64,000 nt of DNA from the NCBI GenBank assembly GCA_964016885.1, contig OZ024740.1:358050001-358114000 (forward strand). Direction: 5' to 3'. The position numbers were made by a program, and so were the translations under genes. The stretch's first letter is position 1. Each line of letters begins with the position of its first letter. This DNA is from Eledone cirrhosa (taxonomy: Eukaryota). Under the pieces are notes generated by a model that was given only the letters and a program-made list of their open reading frames with translations, searched no databases and was not told the DNA's origin. Positions 1 to 10,940 of this stretch are shown one piece after another.

Positions 1-433
1 GTGCCTATTTGTAGATAATTTATAGTGAATGCTCTTCACCAATTTGTTAAACATGAGTAAAATTACTAAACATTCGTACTTCGCATCTAGCGTAAGAAGG
101 TATCACCATGCGTACATAATTACGTTTGTACCTATGTTTGTTTTCTCTTACTAATTGGTGTTTCAGTATTTATTTTGATCGGCTGCCTACTAGCAAAACT
201 GTTAAGTTGAACAATCGTTAACACTTTACATTTTCAGATTTTTCGTTGTAGCTGACTTGATCATAGAAAGACCGTTTTTAGAAATAAAAAAAAAAAGATG
301 CACAGAAATCTGTATATTAATTTTTCTTTATCTTTTAAGGTGCCAACGTTTTCGTGTTAGCTCTATTGGAATTATATGAGTGACCAGGCCGTAGAAGTGC
401 GACAAAAAATTTGACACATGAAATAAATGAGTA

Positions 434-860
434 TTAACTCTTTCATTACCGTATTTTTAATGAAATACCTTGTATTTTGACCAGTGAATGAGGAATTTGG
501 GAAGGATTTCAGACCTGCCAACCTCTAAAAATCCAAAGGGAGAATACCATGAAAAAAAGTGCCCCTAAACGGGGAGAAATGAGGCAAAATGGGGGTGGAT
601 TTTATATAGTGAAAGCTATACCCATTTTTACAAGAAAAGGCATCTCTCCCGCATTCCAATTGCTATTGGGGACAGTCGAACGAGGAGAGTTGACGTGTCT
701 GGGATTTACTTAAATTATAACTTCACTAAGATGGTATTTGTAACATATCTTTTTATATTAAATTATGTTAGAAAGTTTTAAGTGGGAACTTTTTAAAATG
801 GATGGTTGTGTTTTATGGAAATAGAGGCGGTTTTAGGCTCACTGGTATCAAAAGGGTTAA
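434..860. mobile_element. piggyBac-like MITE (TTAA-flanked) with a nested MITE
   Basis: Left end TTAA-CTCTTTCATTACC; right end GGTATCAAAAGGG-TTAA (reverse complement TTAACCCTTTTGATACC). Imperfect TIR with TTAA on both sides and no ORF. Confidence 0.55.
510..701. mobile_element. MITE family A (TIR CAGACCTG(C/T)CAAC, 6-bp TSD), copy 1
   Basis: Ends CAGACCTGCCAAC / GTTGACGTGTCTG; perfect TSD GGATTT at 504-509 and 702-707; internal sequence matches the copies at 44166 and 59713 in reverse orientation. Confidence 0.75.
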
Positions 861-1054
861 AGAAAACTTTCTCTGTGTGTTTTTTTAAAATAGTTAAATG
901 CCTTTTGACGATGTAGGTACATCATATTTTATTATCTAAGATACGACGCCACCCTCTGTAATGCATAAACTATAGTGCTACGTTCCTTCTCAGTGAATAA
1001 AAAAATAAATTGTTATTCTTTGATCCAACAGATTGGTAGATATCTTTTTGCTCT

Positions 1055-1282
1055 AATAATGGTTTCTGATTTAGGCACAAGGTCAGCAATTTGTTTTTTG
1101 TTGGGTGTGGGAGTCGATTAAATCAGCCCCAGTGCGTGACTGGTACTTTATTTTATCGACCTCGTAAGGATGAAAGGCAAAGCTAACCTCTGCGGAATTT
1201 GAACTCAGAACGTAAAGGACCGTAACTCCATGCTGCGAAGCATAGTATCTGATGCTCTACTGATACTGCCAATCCACCGCCC
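1055..1282 (-). mobile_element. tRNA-derived SINE family 1, long variant
   Basis: Minus strand has A-box-like TGGCAGTATCAGTAG, B-box GAGTTCAAATTCC, body TTTGCCTTTCATCCTTACG..GTCGATAAAATAAAGTACCAG and tail GAAACCATTATT; TSD TTTTTGCTC(T/G)AATAAT. Confidence 0.9.
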
Positions 1283-1830
1283 TTTTTTGCTCGAATAATA
1301 ATGTATATAAGCTGAAATGGTATTCTGAGTACTGCAATTTAAACTCATTAGTTGTACATAAATTCTTCTTTCTTTTGCACTGCTTTTATCAGATTGGGTA
1401 TGTTTTAAATTAAAGTAAAACAACATTACACAATAAACAATACAGAAAAGTATATATTTATTTTTGTCAAATATGTCATTAAGTTGATATGTTCTCACAC
1501 CAGACGTGGGTGGATTTCTTTTAATATCCATCTATGAAAAGAAGCGGAGAAGTGTCATTACATCCGACGGCCCTCCCAGACGGTAGCGATGGATGTGAAT
1601 GGTCTTCTGTTTAATAAACTGCAGGTCGGAGTCAACTTGAAAAACAAGAATACACATTGCATGTAATAAATAAAAATAAAAGCTAACGAGAAAAAAACAA
1701 GACAAAATATTTTTTTACATAAAACTAATAACCTTTTTCGAAATTATTTAACCATGGTAAAGAGAGACAGATGAAGTACCGAACCTGTAATCTACTGCCC
1801 CGAGCCTGTTGTCAAGTGAATCTTTTCTAA

Positions 1831-2047
1831 TCAGAGGCGGACTGGGTCTTAAAACCATCCCGGGCGACACAGACTAACAGATTGCTGACTGCTGAGGGCG
1901 AAAGATGTTTTTATTGCTCAGCTAAAGCACGTTCCATTTTCGTTTCAACCTCTGTGCAGCGGCTATGACTTCAGTTTTCGTGACATTTTAAACATTTTAA
2001 AACTGTTTTTTTAACTGTTTTTTTCTTTTTTAATCGGGCCGTCTCTG
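1831..2047. mobile_element. possible hAT-like MITE
   Basis: CAGAGGCGGACTG ... CGGGCCGTCTCTG imperfect TIR; no clear TSD. Confidence 0.3.
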
Positions 2048-2424
2048 GTCATATGCCTTTTAGTAAGCAGTATTTCAATGTGAGTCTCAGTTTACTTTTG
2101 TGAAGGACCAGTGATTAATCTGGCTCTAAACAAGTCCTAAACTAGCCATTGAAATGTTAGCAATGCTTTACATATTTGAAGATCACCAAAAGAGGTTGTG
2201 AGGCATTTGCAGCGATCTTGAGTTGTTCAAGATTAAAGATAAACCGTACAGTAATGTTTCCTTGATCGATGCATCACTTGAATCCTTCTGCTGAAAGAGA
2301 CAACGTTGTCATATTCTTTCATTGTATGATGCTGGAAGTGAGAGCGGGTGATTGATAGTTTGTTGAATAAGTGAAATTATTTGTTCTCTTGGTTTCTTTG
2401 CCGACTCACTTCCAAGTATATGAT

Positions 2425-2690
2425 TAATCAACGAAAAAGCTTGCTCGTGAATTAACATGTAAGTGGCTGAGCATCCCATAGACATGTGCACCCTTAAAGT
2501 AATTTTCAAGGAAATTCAGCATGACACAAGAAAGTCCATTTGACGAGCTTCCAAGCAGTTTCCAGTAAATCATTCACAAGACATGTGTCAACCCGAAGCT
2601 ATGGTAAATGACATTTGCCCAAGATGTCATGCACTAGGATCGAACCTGGAGACTAATGATTGCGAATCTTTAACAACTCTTCCATGTTGC
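2425..2690 (-). mobile_element. SINE family 2 relic (tRNA head)
   Basis: 2428-2530 matches 18828-18931 (GCTCGTGAA(A)TTAAC..CAGCATGACACAAG); B-box-like GGTTCGATCC on the minus strand near 2637-2647. Confidence 0.55.
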
Positions 2691-2912
2691 CTCCACACAT
2701 GAACAACACATAGATATGTTTATATACACATGCATCACCGGAAAATTCGTTGAACGTTGTGATTATTTCTATATCTGTAAAATTGTCTTGTGAATACCTG
2801 TAACATCCCTTTATTTACTGCATATTATTTACGTGGAAATCGAAGCCTCTATTACAAACGTTCAATCGTGTCCGATCATTTCTTGTCACAAATGAACAGA
2901 TTGTTCGACCAG

Positions 2913-2986
<74 letters not shown>

Positions 2987-3056
2987 AACAAGGTTTAGTA
3001 AATAATGAAAAAGTTTCAAAATAAATTTTAAAAAATTGACTTTACCTACTATAGTT

Positions 3057-3140
3057 ACCTTTACCGATCGGTTTCGAATCCCAAAAATAAAACGGAGACC
3101 ATACGGCCTACGTTGCAAAGAGAGATTCTCGTCAGAAGGT
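3057..3140 (-). ncRNA. type I hammerhead ribozyme, intact core
   Basis: Minus strand: ACCUU-CUGACGA-GAAUCUC...GGGAUUC-GAA-ACCGAUCGGU-A/AAGGU. Stem I 5 bp, stem II 7 bp with an internal hairpin, palindromic stem III, GUA cleavage triplet. Confidence 0.85.
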
Positions 3141-3263
3141 TCTTTTCATTCAAAGAATATAAAATTCCTGAATTTAAATCACAAACTAGCGCTATCAAAG
3201 ACTGTTCCTGGGATGAGAGTGGATGATGTAGAACAGGTTTATCAAGAGGCAAAAGGAGGTAGG

Positions 3264-3349
<86 letters not shown>

Positions 3350-3753
3350 CGTGTGTGTATGTTTGTGTGTGTGTATGTACTAATCTCGCGATTGTAATAA
3401 AACAAAACCTTTTTTATATATGTTATTTCACATATTAAGTTGTACGGTATTTATATATCTCTTCAGGCGAATAGTTTTAAAAAATATTTAAACACTGGGT
3501 AGCAACGTTAGCCTATTTGACACGTTGCACGAGCTAAAAATAATTGCAATCAATAGTGCGTATTTTCGTTTCTTTTATGTTCATGACTAATGTTTAGTTA
3601 AATAATCCTCGTCAACTACTTACTTTTTATATAGAAAAGGTGTAGTGTTTTTTGGAATGTTAAAACAAAACCGGTTTGATTTAAGTGTATAAAGTATAAA
3701 ATAGGTACAAAACTAAGCAATGTATGCAATATTTCTTTATATTAAAGTAATAG

Positions 3754-3948
3754 ATTGGCAGAATAGGTAGGCCATCGGATAAAATGTTTTGTAGCATTTA
3801 GTTACAACCCTTTACGTCCGAATTTAAAGTTGCCTTTCATCCTTCTAGGACTGATAAAATAAAGATCAGTCAAATACTGGTGTTGATTTAATCAACTTTC
3901 CTCTTCCCAGAATTTGCTGACCTTGTACCTAAATTAGAAACCAACATT
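3754..3948 (+). mobile_element. SINE family 1, diverged copy
   Basis: GATTGGCAGAATAGGTAG head, TTGCCTTTCATCC body, CCTTGTACCTAAATTAGAAACC tail. Confidence 0.75.
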
Positions 3949-4423
3949 TCTTTCTATTTTCCTTTTCTTCTTGTGTGTTTTTCTACTTTTGTTTACATGA
4001 GTTATTATTGTCGTTAAATTATGTAACTTTATAGAGGTGAGACGGATTGTGTAGAGGTGAGATGGGTTGTATAGAGGTGCCTAACTGAACAAAGCATTCA
4101 AATGGTGTATAAAAGAAAAGAACATCTAATTTTTACTGGAAGGCAAACTGACATATATTCTATGCGGTTTATAATTCAAACTCTCGGTAATGTATCGGGT
4201 AGAGCGAGGAAAAGTGCATAAAATGGTTGAATTACTATGTAGAAACATTCATGCATGATATAAACAGCAGGTCATCAGTTCATTAACAAATCAATGAAAA
4301 CGTTATACTATTGAAGATACATCCTTTTGGGAGAGTCACCACTCAAATCAACTCATGGAGGACATTGAATTGAAGAAACATGTCCTAGTTAAAATTAGAC
4401 AAAATGAAATCAATGTGCCATAT

Positions 4424-4508
<85 letters not shown>

Positions 4509-4510
4509 GC

Positions 4511-4571
<61 letters not shown>

Positions 4572-4772
4572 AATATGTATATGTATATGTATATATATAT
4601 AATCCGTGATGAGTGATCCAAGCAATTCAACTATGGTGTAACCAAGCACAAGTACTGCATGCTATGGATATCCATAAGGTATTACGTATATGGTATCCGA
4701 CGAAGTATCCATATTAAGAAAGAAAACGCGAAACGATTTTACGTATTCAACTTCAGTTTATTGCCTTACACT

Positions 4773-4841
4773 TGTTATGTACATTTCAATAGCAATAACA
4801 TGTCATTAAGTAATAATTATCTAATGTATTGCCGTCAGACA
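4773..4841 (-). ncRNA. degenerate type I hammerhead motif
   Basis: UGU-CUGACGG-CAAUA...UAUU-GAA-AUGUACAU-A/ACA; the core has A9->G; palindromic stem III. Confidence 0.45.
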
Positions 4842-4959
4842 GGTCTTGAAAACGTAAACAATGTTTTGTTTGGGGTTTTGGTATTTCATATGCCCGCTGT
4901 TGGAGAGATGCTCTTCATTCGGAGTACAGCAGTCATAAGAAAACGGAATTCAGAGATCC

Positions 4960-5088
4960 ACAGACAAGAGGAGACCTTAAAAAAGCTACAGAAAGAATGC
5001 TAATGGCTGCGCAAGAGCAGGCTCTCAGAACGAAGTGGGTGAAACAACATATTGACAAGGAGGAGGCTAACTCACCGTGTAGGATCTG

Positions 5089-5141
<53 letters not shown>

Positions 5142-5410
5142 CTGTGGCTCACATCGTATCCGAATGTAAACACCTATCCCAGACTCACTATAAAGACTGG
5201 AGGTATGATATGATAGGAAAGGTGATTCACTGGTATTTATGCAAACTAAACAATTTACCACATTCTGAGATATGGTATGAGCATAAGCGAGAGTCGGTGA
5301 TAGAAAATGATCAAGTGAAAGTACTATGGAATTTCAGGATACAGACAGACAAGAAATTAGAACACGATGGGCCTGACCTGGTGGTTTTTGAAACACTGAA
5401 ACTTGTGTGA
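4960..5410 (+). pseudogene. R4/Dong-type LINE C-terminal fragment (CCHC knuckle and start of REL endonuclease)
   Basis: LMAAQEQALRT..CRICG..ETVAHIVSEC..IHW..VLWNFRIQTDKKL..PDLVV, homologous to the ORF at 53364-54881. Confidence 0.85.
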
Positions 5411-6094
5411 CATGGAGAAATGAGTGTTAATGTGTTGGAATCATAGTGGATATAGCACTTTTATTTGTAGTAACTCAGTAAAAAAAAGGCAGAAGTCGCT
5501 TGAGGTGTAAACAGCCCTTGAACACCTCGTTCTTAGAATTTATGTGTTTTGTCGATGAATTCAAACCCTGTAAAATTCTCCATTTTCACTAAGGCAGAAA
5601 AAATATCGCTTTGTTCCATTGATATGGATTCTCCCTTTTATATTATGGGGGGCTCCTTTATCTTTTAACTGTCAAACTGTTTTGCCAGGGCTGTGGTGGT
5701 CTTCCTTTCAGGATATTTAAAGAGTGAGACACGGGAGTTGTATCATTTTTTTTAAAATGGTCTTGTACTATACCTACATATCGTTCACTGCTCTATGCAT
5801 GGTTTATGGTAGTAATTTCGGCCTCATATACAATGGACATTCTATTACAGCTCTGCTACAGAGGGCTGTTTTCCTTATTTTGCATGCACATCCTGGATCT
5901 TCATGGAGTTTGTTTTCAGCAATTATTTTAGATCTCATAGAAGGTCCGTTAGGATAGCTCATCTTCACGAAGCACCTATTGAATATTTTACGGTATTTAT
6001 GTTGTGGAGGTTGGGATCATAATAATATATTAGCACTCTTGCACTAGACTGAGCACTCTTTTCTTTTTTCTTTGTTTGCAACCCCCACCATATA

Positions 6095-6151
<57 letters not shown>

Positions 6152-6261
6152 ATATAAAACTAGATACATAAAAAAATGAAACATGTGAGGAATAATATGC
6201 AATCAAGAAGATCTATTTATCCGCCTATCTAGCCATATGTATGTATGCATATATGTATGTA

Positions 6262-6304
<43 letters not shown>

Positions 6305-6404
6305 GGGGGGGGTAGGAAATACATTGGTTGAAAGACTTATTGGTAGAAAAAATTATTTGCAGAAAAATAATTGATTGAAAACATCAATAGAAATTTAACC
6401 AGAA

Positions 6405-6600
6405 CTGGCACAAGGCCAGTGAGGAAAGAAAAATCAATTAAATCGATCTCAGTACTATACTGCTACTTTATTCTATTGACCATAGAAGAATAAGAAGCAT
6501 ATTTGACGGAGGGATTCGAACTCAGAACTGAAAGAACCGGACCTATATATCTCGAAATATTTAATCAGTCTCGCTAACGATTCTGCCAATTCCCCACCGT
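6405..6600 (-). mobile_element. SINE family 1, diverged copy
   Basis: GGCACAAGGCCAG, GAACTCAGAAC and TCTGCCAATTCCCCACCG match the family. Confidence 0.65.
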
Positions 6601-7351
6601 CAGTATACAACAGTATTAATAGCTTAAATATATAATTTACATATTTTGACGTCGGGTTAAGAGGAAGTATTTTTGATAACCATAAAACATTCACGACACA
6701 AAATCTCTAGTGGTCTTTAAAATGATATGCTTGACATACAATAAATTACTTTAGGCATTGAGTTGCATTCCCTTAGCTTCAATGATCAAATCCGGCTATG
6801 GTTATCGTTTATGGGTCTATAAAATAATCACTAGTCAACCCATTGGCTAGTTTTAATCAACTATACTCTACCCATAACGTTTGTGATAACGCAACTGTGT
6901 TCAAAATAGTTATCATTGCTATTGCCAGTAAGGAGTTAGAATATTTAAATGCGTCGGACACTATACGTAACGAACACACATGCATACACATATAGCCAAA
7001 TACTTCCGACAAGATAAAGTTTCGATATAATTTCATCAATGATAAGAGGAAGAGAAACTAACGAGTTCCTGACTGGAAATGATAACAGTTCCACCAAATC
7101 CAAAAAAGTTGAAGTGTGGTGGTGGTGATGATGAGGAGCAGAACTCCGCTCATCATCACCATCACATTCAATCGCTTTTCTTTTGAAAAAGAGGCCATAG
7201 CCCTATAATATCATAGAATAAAAGGTAATATTGTAAACTGCTGTTTTGCTCTTTTAACTTTAATTTTCACACCTGTATTTCTAACTTGCATTGTGCTGTT
7301 ATTCCTAAAACAGTCTTTATCACATATTTCAGAATACTTTATATAAGCTAT

Positions 7352-7503
7352 AGGTAGTGAATTGGCAGAGTCGTTATAACGTCGGATAGAATGCTTTACG
7401 GTATTTGTTTCGGCTCTCTACTCTCTGAGTTCAAATTCAGCCGAGATCAACTTTGCCTTTCATCCATTCCATAAAGAAAAACCAGTCAGGTATTGAGGTC
7501 GAT
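7352..7503 (+). mobile_element. SINE family 1, diverged copy
   Basis: GAATTGGCAGAGTCG..CTGAGTTCAAATTC..AACTTTGCCTTTCATCC. Confidence 0.7.
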
Positions 7504-8214
7504 TCCTCCTACACATCTCTTTCTCACTTTCATTCTCTCACTCTATTTTTTCGGGAAGAAATCCGCTGTATTCAAACATAGGGAGGAATGGGCTTTAAAA
7601 ATGCCCTAGAAACGCCGTATGTCAATACTGCGCCCTTACGAATTACCGGATCATGCATGCAGGCATATAAACAATACATATATATTTCTATAATAATATA
7701 TGCGAATTTATAGTTTTGACAAAAATGAATATTGTACTTAAGTATTAAATTAAATAAAACTGTAAAATCACATATATCGTTGCAAGTACATATAGTTCTC
7801 CCGGCACTTTGTCTTTCAATTATAAGCGATTGCCGTTTCTAGAATAGAGGCTATGGAGTATCCGAAAGACGATGAAAAAAAGTTTTATTTGAAAATCGAA
7901 GCTTATTACTGATTCATATACCATCTTTGCTTGATTTAGTTACACGAAGGGTGTCTGTTTTGTAAAGAATAACAACTGTTGTATTCAATCATATAAACCG
8001 CAAGACGAGATATGGCGATGCGAGATCACATCACATCTTTTCTAGATTAAAATGTAGTTTTATCTTTTCATAATTTTTATACAGATAGATACATTCTAAA
8101 ACACACGTACAGATACACATACATACAGGAATACATACATACATATATGCATGCATGCAAACATACATACACACACACACATACATACGTATACACATGA
8201 TGATGATGATGATG

Positions 8215-8736
8215 ATGGCTGCAACTCGATTTCGAGTATTGCCATCGCTTGATACTTAAGTATGAGCATCAGGGTCGTGTCTTTCCAACCCTGCTAGGGA
8301 CTTGCCTCGCAAAAAATGTCACATATCAAGCGATGCCTGTGCTAGAAGCTTTTCTAAGAGAGGAAAATCTTTGCACGGAGCCAATCCCATTCTCTGAACA
8401 TCGAATGCATTTGCCCAAAAAGTATAACTGATCTACATCATTGGATACAAACGAAGTCGCAGGTTTTATATTAGAGTCACCTTCTCCTAAAGAGATGCCT
8501 TCATGAAGACTAGGAGCCTCTCGCTCCACAAGAAAAAAAAAACTTTATTGGATGGCCGTTGACTCTCCTGAGTCCCTCCGCCATTTGACGGGTTTTGTTT
8601 TTCATCCCGCAGGGTGTCCAGAATCATCCTCTTCACCAAGCAAGTTTGGTGTAATTGCCGGTTTAGTCGCCGATACCCGACCATGCACAGGTTGTACAGG
8701 GTTATATGTTACCAGTAGCGCTGAAGAGCGACCTGA
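8215..8736 (-). mobile_element. non-autonomous RTE derivative (RTE 5'UTR joined to RTE 3' end)
   Basis: 3' end ATACTCGAAATCGAGTTGCAGCC+(ATC)n is shared with the RTE fragment at 8778. Internal TAGGAGAAGGTGACTCT resembles the conserved RTE 5'UTR motif (from memory). No ORF; flanked by (CATA)n. Confidence 0.6.
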
Positions 8737-8777
8737 CATAAATACATAGATACACACATATATACATACATACATAC

Positions 8778-8960
8778 ATGGTGGCTGCCAACTCGTTTTC
8801 GAGTACGGCCACTACTTTATATCCATGTAGGAGAACCCTTACCGATGCGCTGAACAAGTGTGACTTTTTAGTCCAGCCAGCGACTTGAAAACTCTGGTAC
8901 AAACACTACATTTGTGACAATTATTGACACATAGTGCTGGGCCCATGGTACCATGTGATG
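8778..8960 (-). pseudogene. RTE LINE 3' end with C-terminal C2H2-like finger
   Basis: Minus frame reads HKCSVCTRVFKSLAGLKSHTCSAHR*, followed by a 3'UTR ending TACTCGAAAACGAGTTGGCAGCC+(ATGT)n. A third 3' tip lies at about 8970-9015. Confidence 0.7.
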
Positions 8961-10940
8961 ACATACATACATGATGGCTGCCCCCTCGTTATCGAGTATG
9001 GCCATTGCACGAGGAGAAAAAAAAAAATAATAATAATAAATAAATAATAAAAAAAAATATATATATATATATACAATATTAAATAATGAAGAAAAGAGTT
9101 AAGTATGCCACAAATATTGTTGTAAACCTACTTTACAATAAAAAAAAAAGTAAGAATAAGAACTGTTCTTCTTTATGAAGCTTCCAATTTAGCATTTTGT
9201 TTAATTTTCGTATATAATATAAATGTATGTGCATTCAACTTCTATAAGTTTTTTTAATGTTTAGCCTTTGAACTTGTAATATATAACTCGTAAATAGTCA
9301 CATGGAAAAACGAGGGATAAAGAAAAAAGAAAAGAAAGAGGAAGATCAGGGGGATTGAAAGCAGAGGGAAAATGGGGGTGAACAGATTTTACTGTCGACC
9401 TCTTGAAAAAAATTACAAGGCAAAAAAAAAAAGAGTAAAAATTATAATGTAACGAATTGAATAAAGGATAAATGAAGCTAAACATATAACAGAAATAACA
9501 AAATAAAATAATTGAAAATTAAAAAAAAATTAAAGCTTTCATAATAGTGTAGTGAAAAATAACCCTCAGAGAATGTTAGGAATTCAGGAGTGGTAAATGA
9601 ATACAATATCTTAACTATAATAAAGAAAGGAGTGCGGGATTGCGTCCAGAATATATATTTTTTACCCCGTTTGTAAAATAAGTTTGATTACTTTGAATAA
9701 ATAATTGTTTCTACTTTAGGCACAAGGCCAGCAATTACCCAGATGAATGAATATTACATAATTTATGTGCTAAATTTCGTGGCTGTTGTTTAAATATATT
9801 TTATAGCTTATTTAAAGATCTTTAAAATTCACTTCTTTAACATTTTCAAATGTCAACACTTCCGGTTAGAGGCCGTTATATTATAACACTTATAAAAATA
9901 TCGCATATATTTCCGTCGCTAATTTTCTCCTAATGCAGTTTATATATAATATCGTCTTTTTTAATATCGTCTTTTTATCATGGATTACTTTACTGATTAC
10001 AGAAGATAGTGTAACACAGTCTTCGTTCAATTTCTGTGTATATTGTCAATTACGGTTTTATTTGACGTATCATATCTACATGCATATATACTTGCGTAAA
10101 ATATCAATATACGCACTACACATACCACCTGTAGGGTGGTTTTTCTGCTAGTATGAATAATGATTCCTCTTATTGCCTACAAATGCCCAAGGCGATAAAA
10201 TAGAACGATACAAATAGAAAAATAACACAGAGTGGGGTTTACATCGAATGAAGGAAAGAGAACAACACGAAATAGAAAACAATAGGAATAACAATGATGG
10301 AATTTGTAATAAATATGCATAACAATAAAGAAGCAATAGAAATAACGAATAGCAAAAACGAATAGCAACAACGACCAATTCCCCAATATTGGGGAACTGT
10401 ACTTTAGGGTAATTCCAGCGAGAATCCTTCACAAAACACAGAAGTGTAACAAGGCAAAATAGCACCTACGGCAAATACTGAAATTGCGCCAGCAAGCTAT
10501 ATAGTAGTTGTTAGACAATGGGATTGACAGCGCAGTTTAAATAAATGAGAGTTTAGGGTATTAAACTGCATTTTCATTTGTTCTACAGTTATCCTTTACG
10601 CTTAAGTATACGTAAAGTATTGGTAAAAGTGTTAGTGTGTTTAAAGGGAGTGATCTGTGTAATACTGATCTTTGACAAATATTAAAACCCTATTAATATA
10701 TTTAACAAGTCATACTATGAGGTATGCCTCTGTGATCATGTAGTTCCCAGCACTGTATGTTTACCTATGGGCCTAATAATTTATATAAATGGTTTAATAA
10801 TCCAGCCACCACAGTGTTTCTCATCCATGATAATCTGAAAGACATATCATACATCTGAAGAAGTTTCTTTTTTTCAATCTATGACAATAGCTTATCTGAC
10901 TTTAATAGAAAGTGCTCCTAGTCCAGGTAGGATTTTTTCC

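Noticed and set aside
340-414. Possible terminal exon after a pyrimidine tract and AG
   Set aside because: All frames close within about 14 codons; no homology recognisable.
1205-1282. tRNA genes (A/B boxes)
   Set aside because: These are SINE heads; no cloverleaf.
2790-4649. ORFs rich in HT/YI/CV dipeptides (also near 14063, 33336, 34601-35159, 46580, 56290 and 63801)
   Set aside because: Read-through of (CA)n and (TA)n microsatellites.
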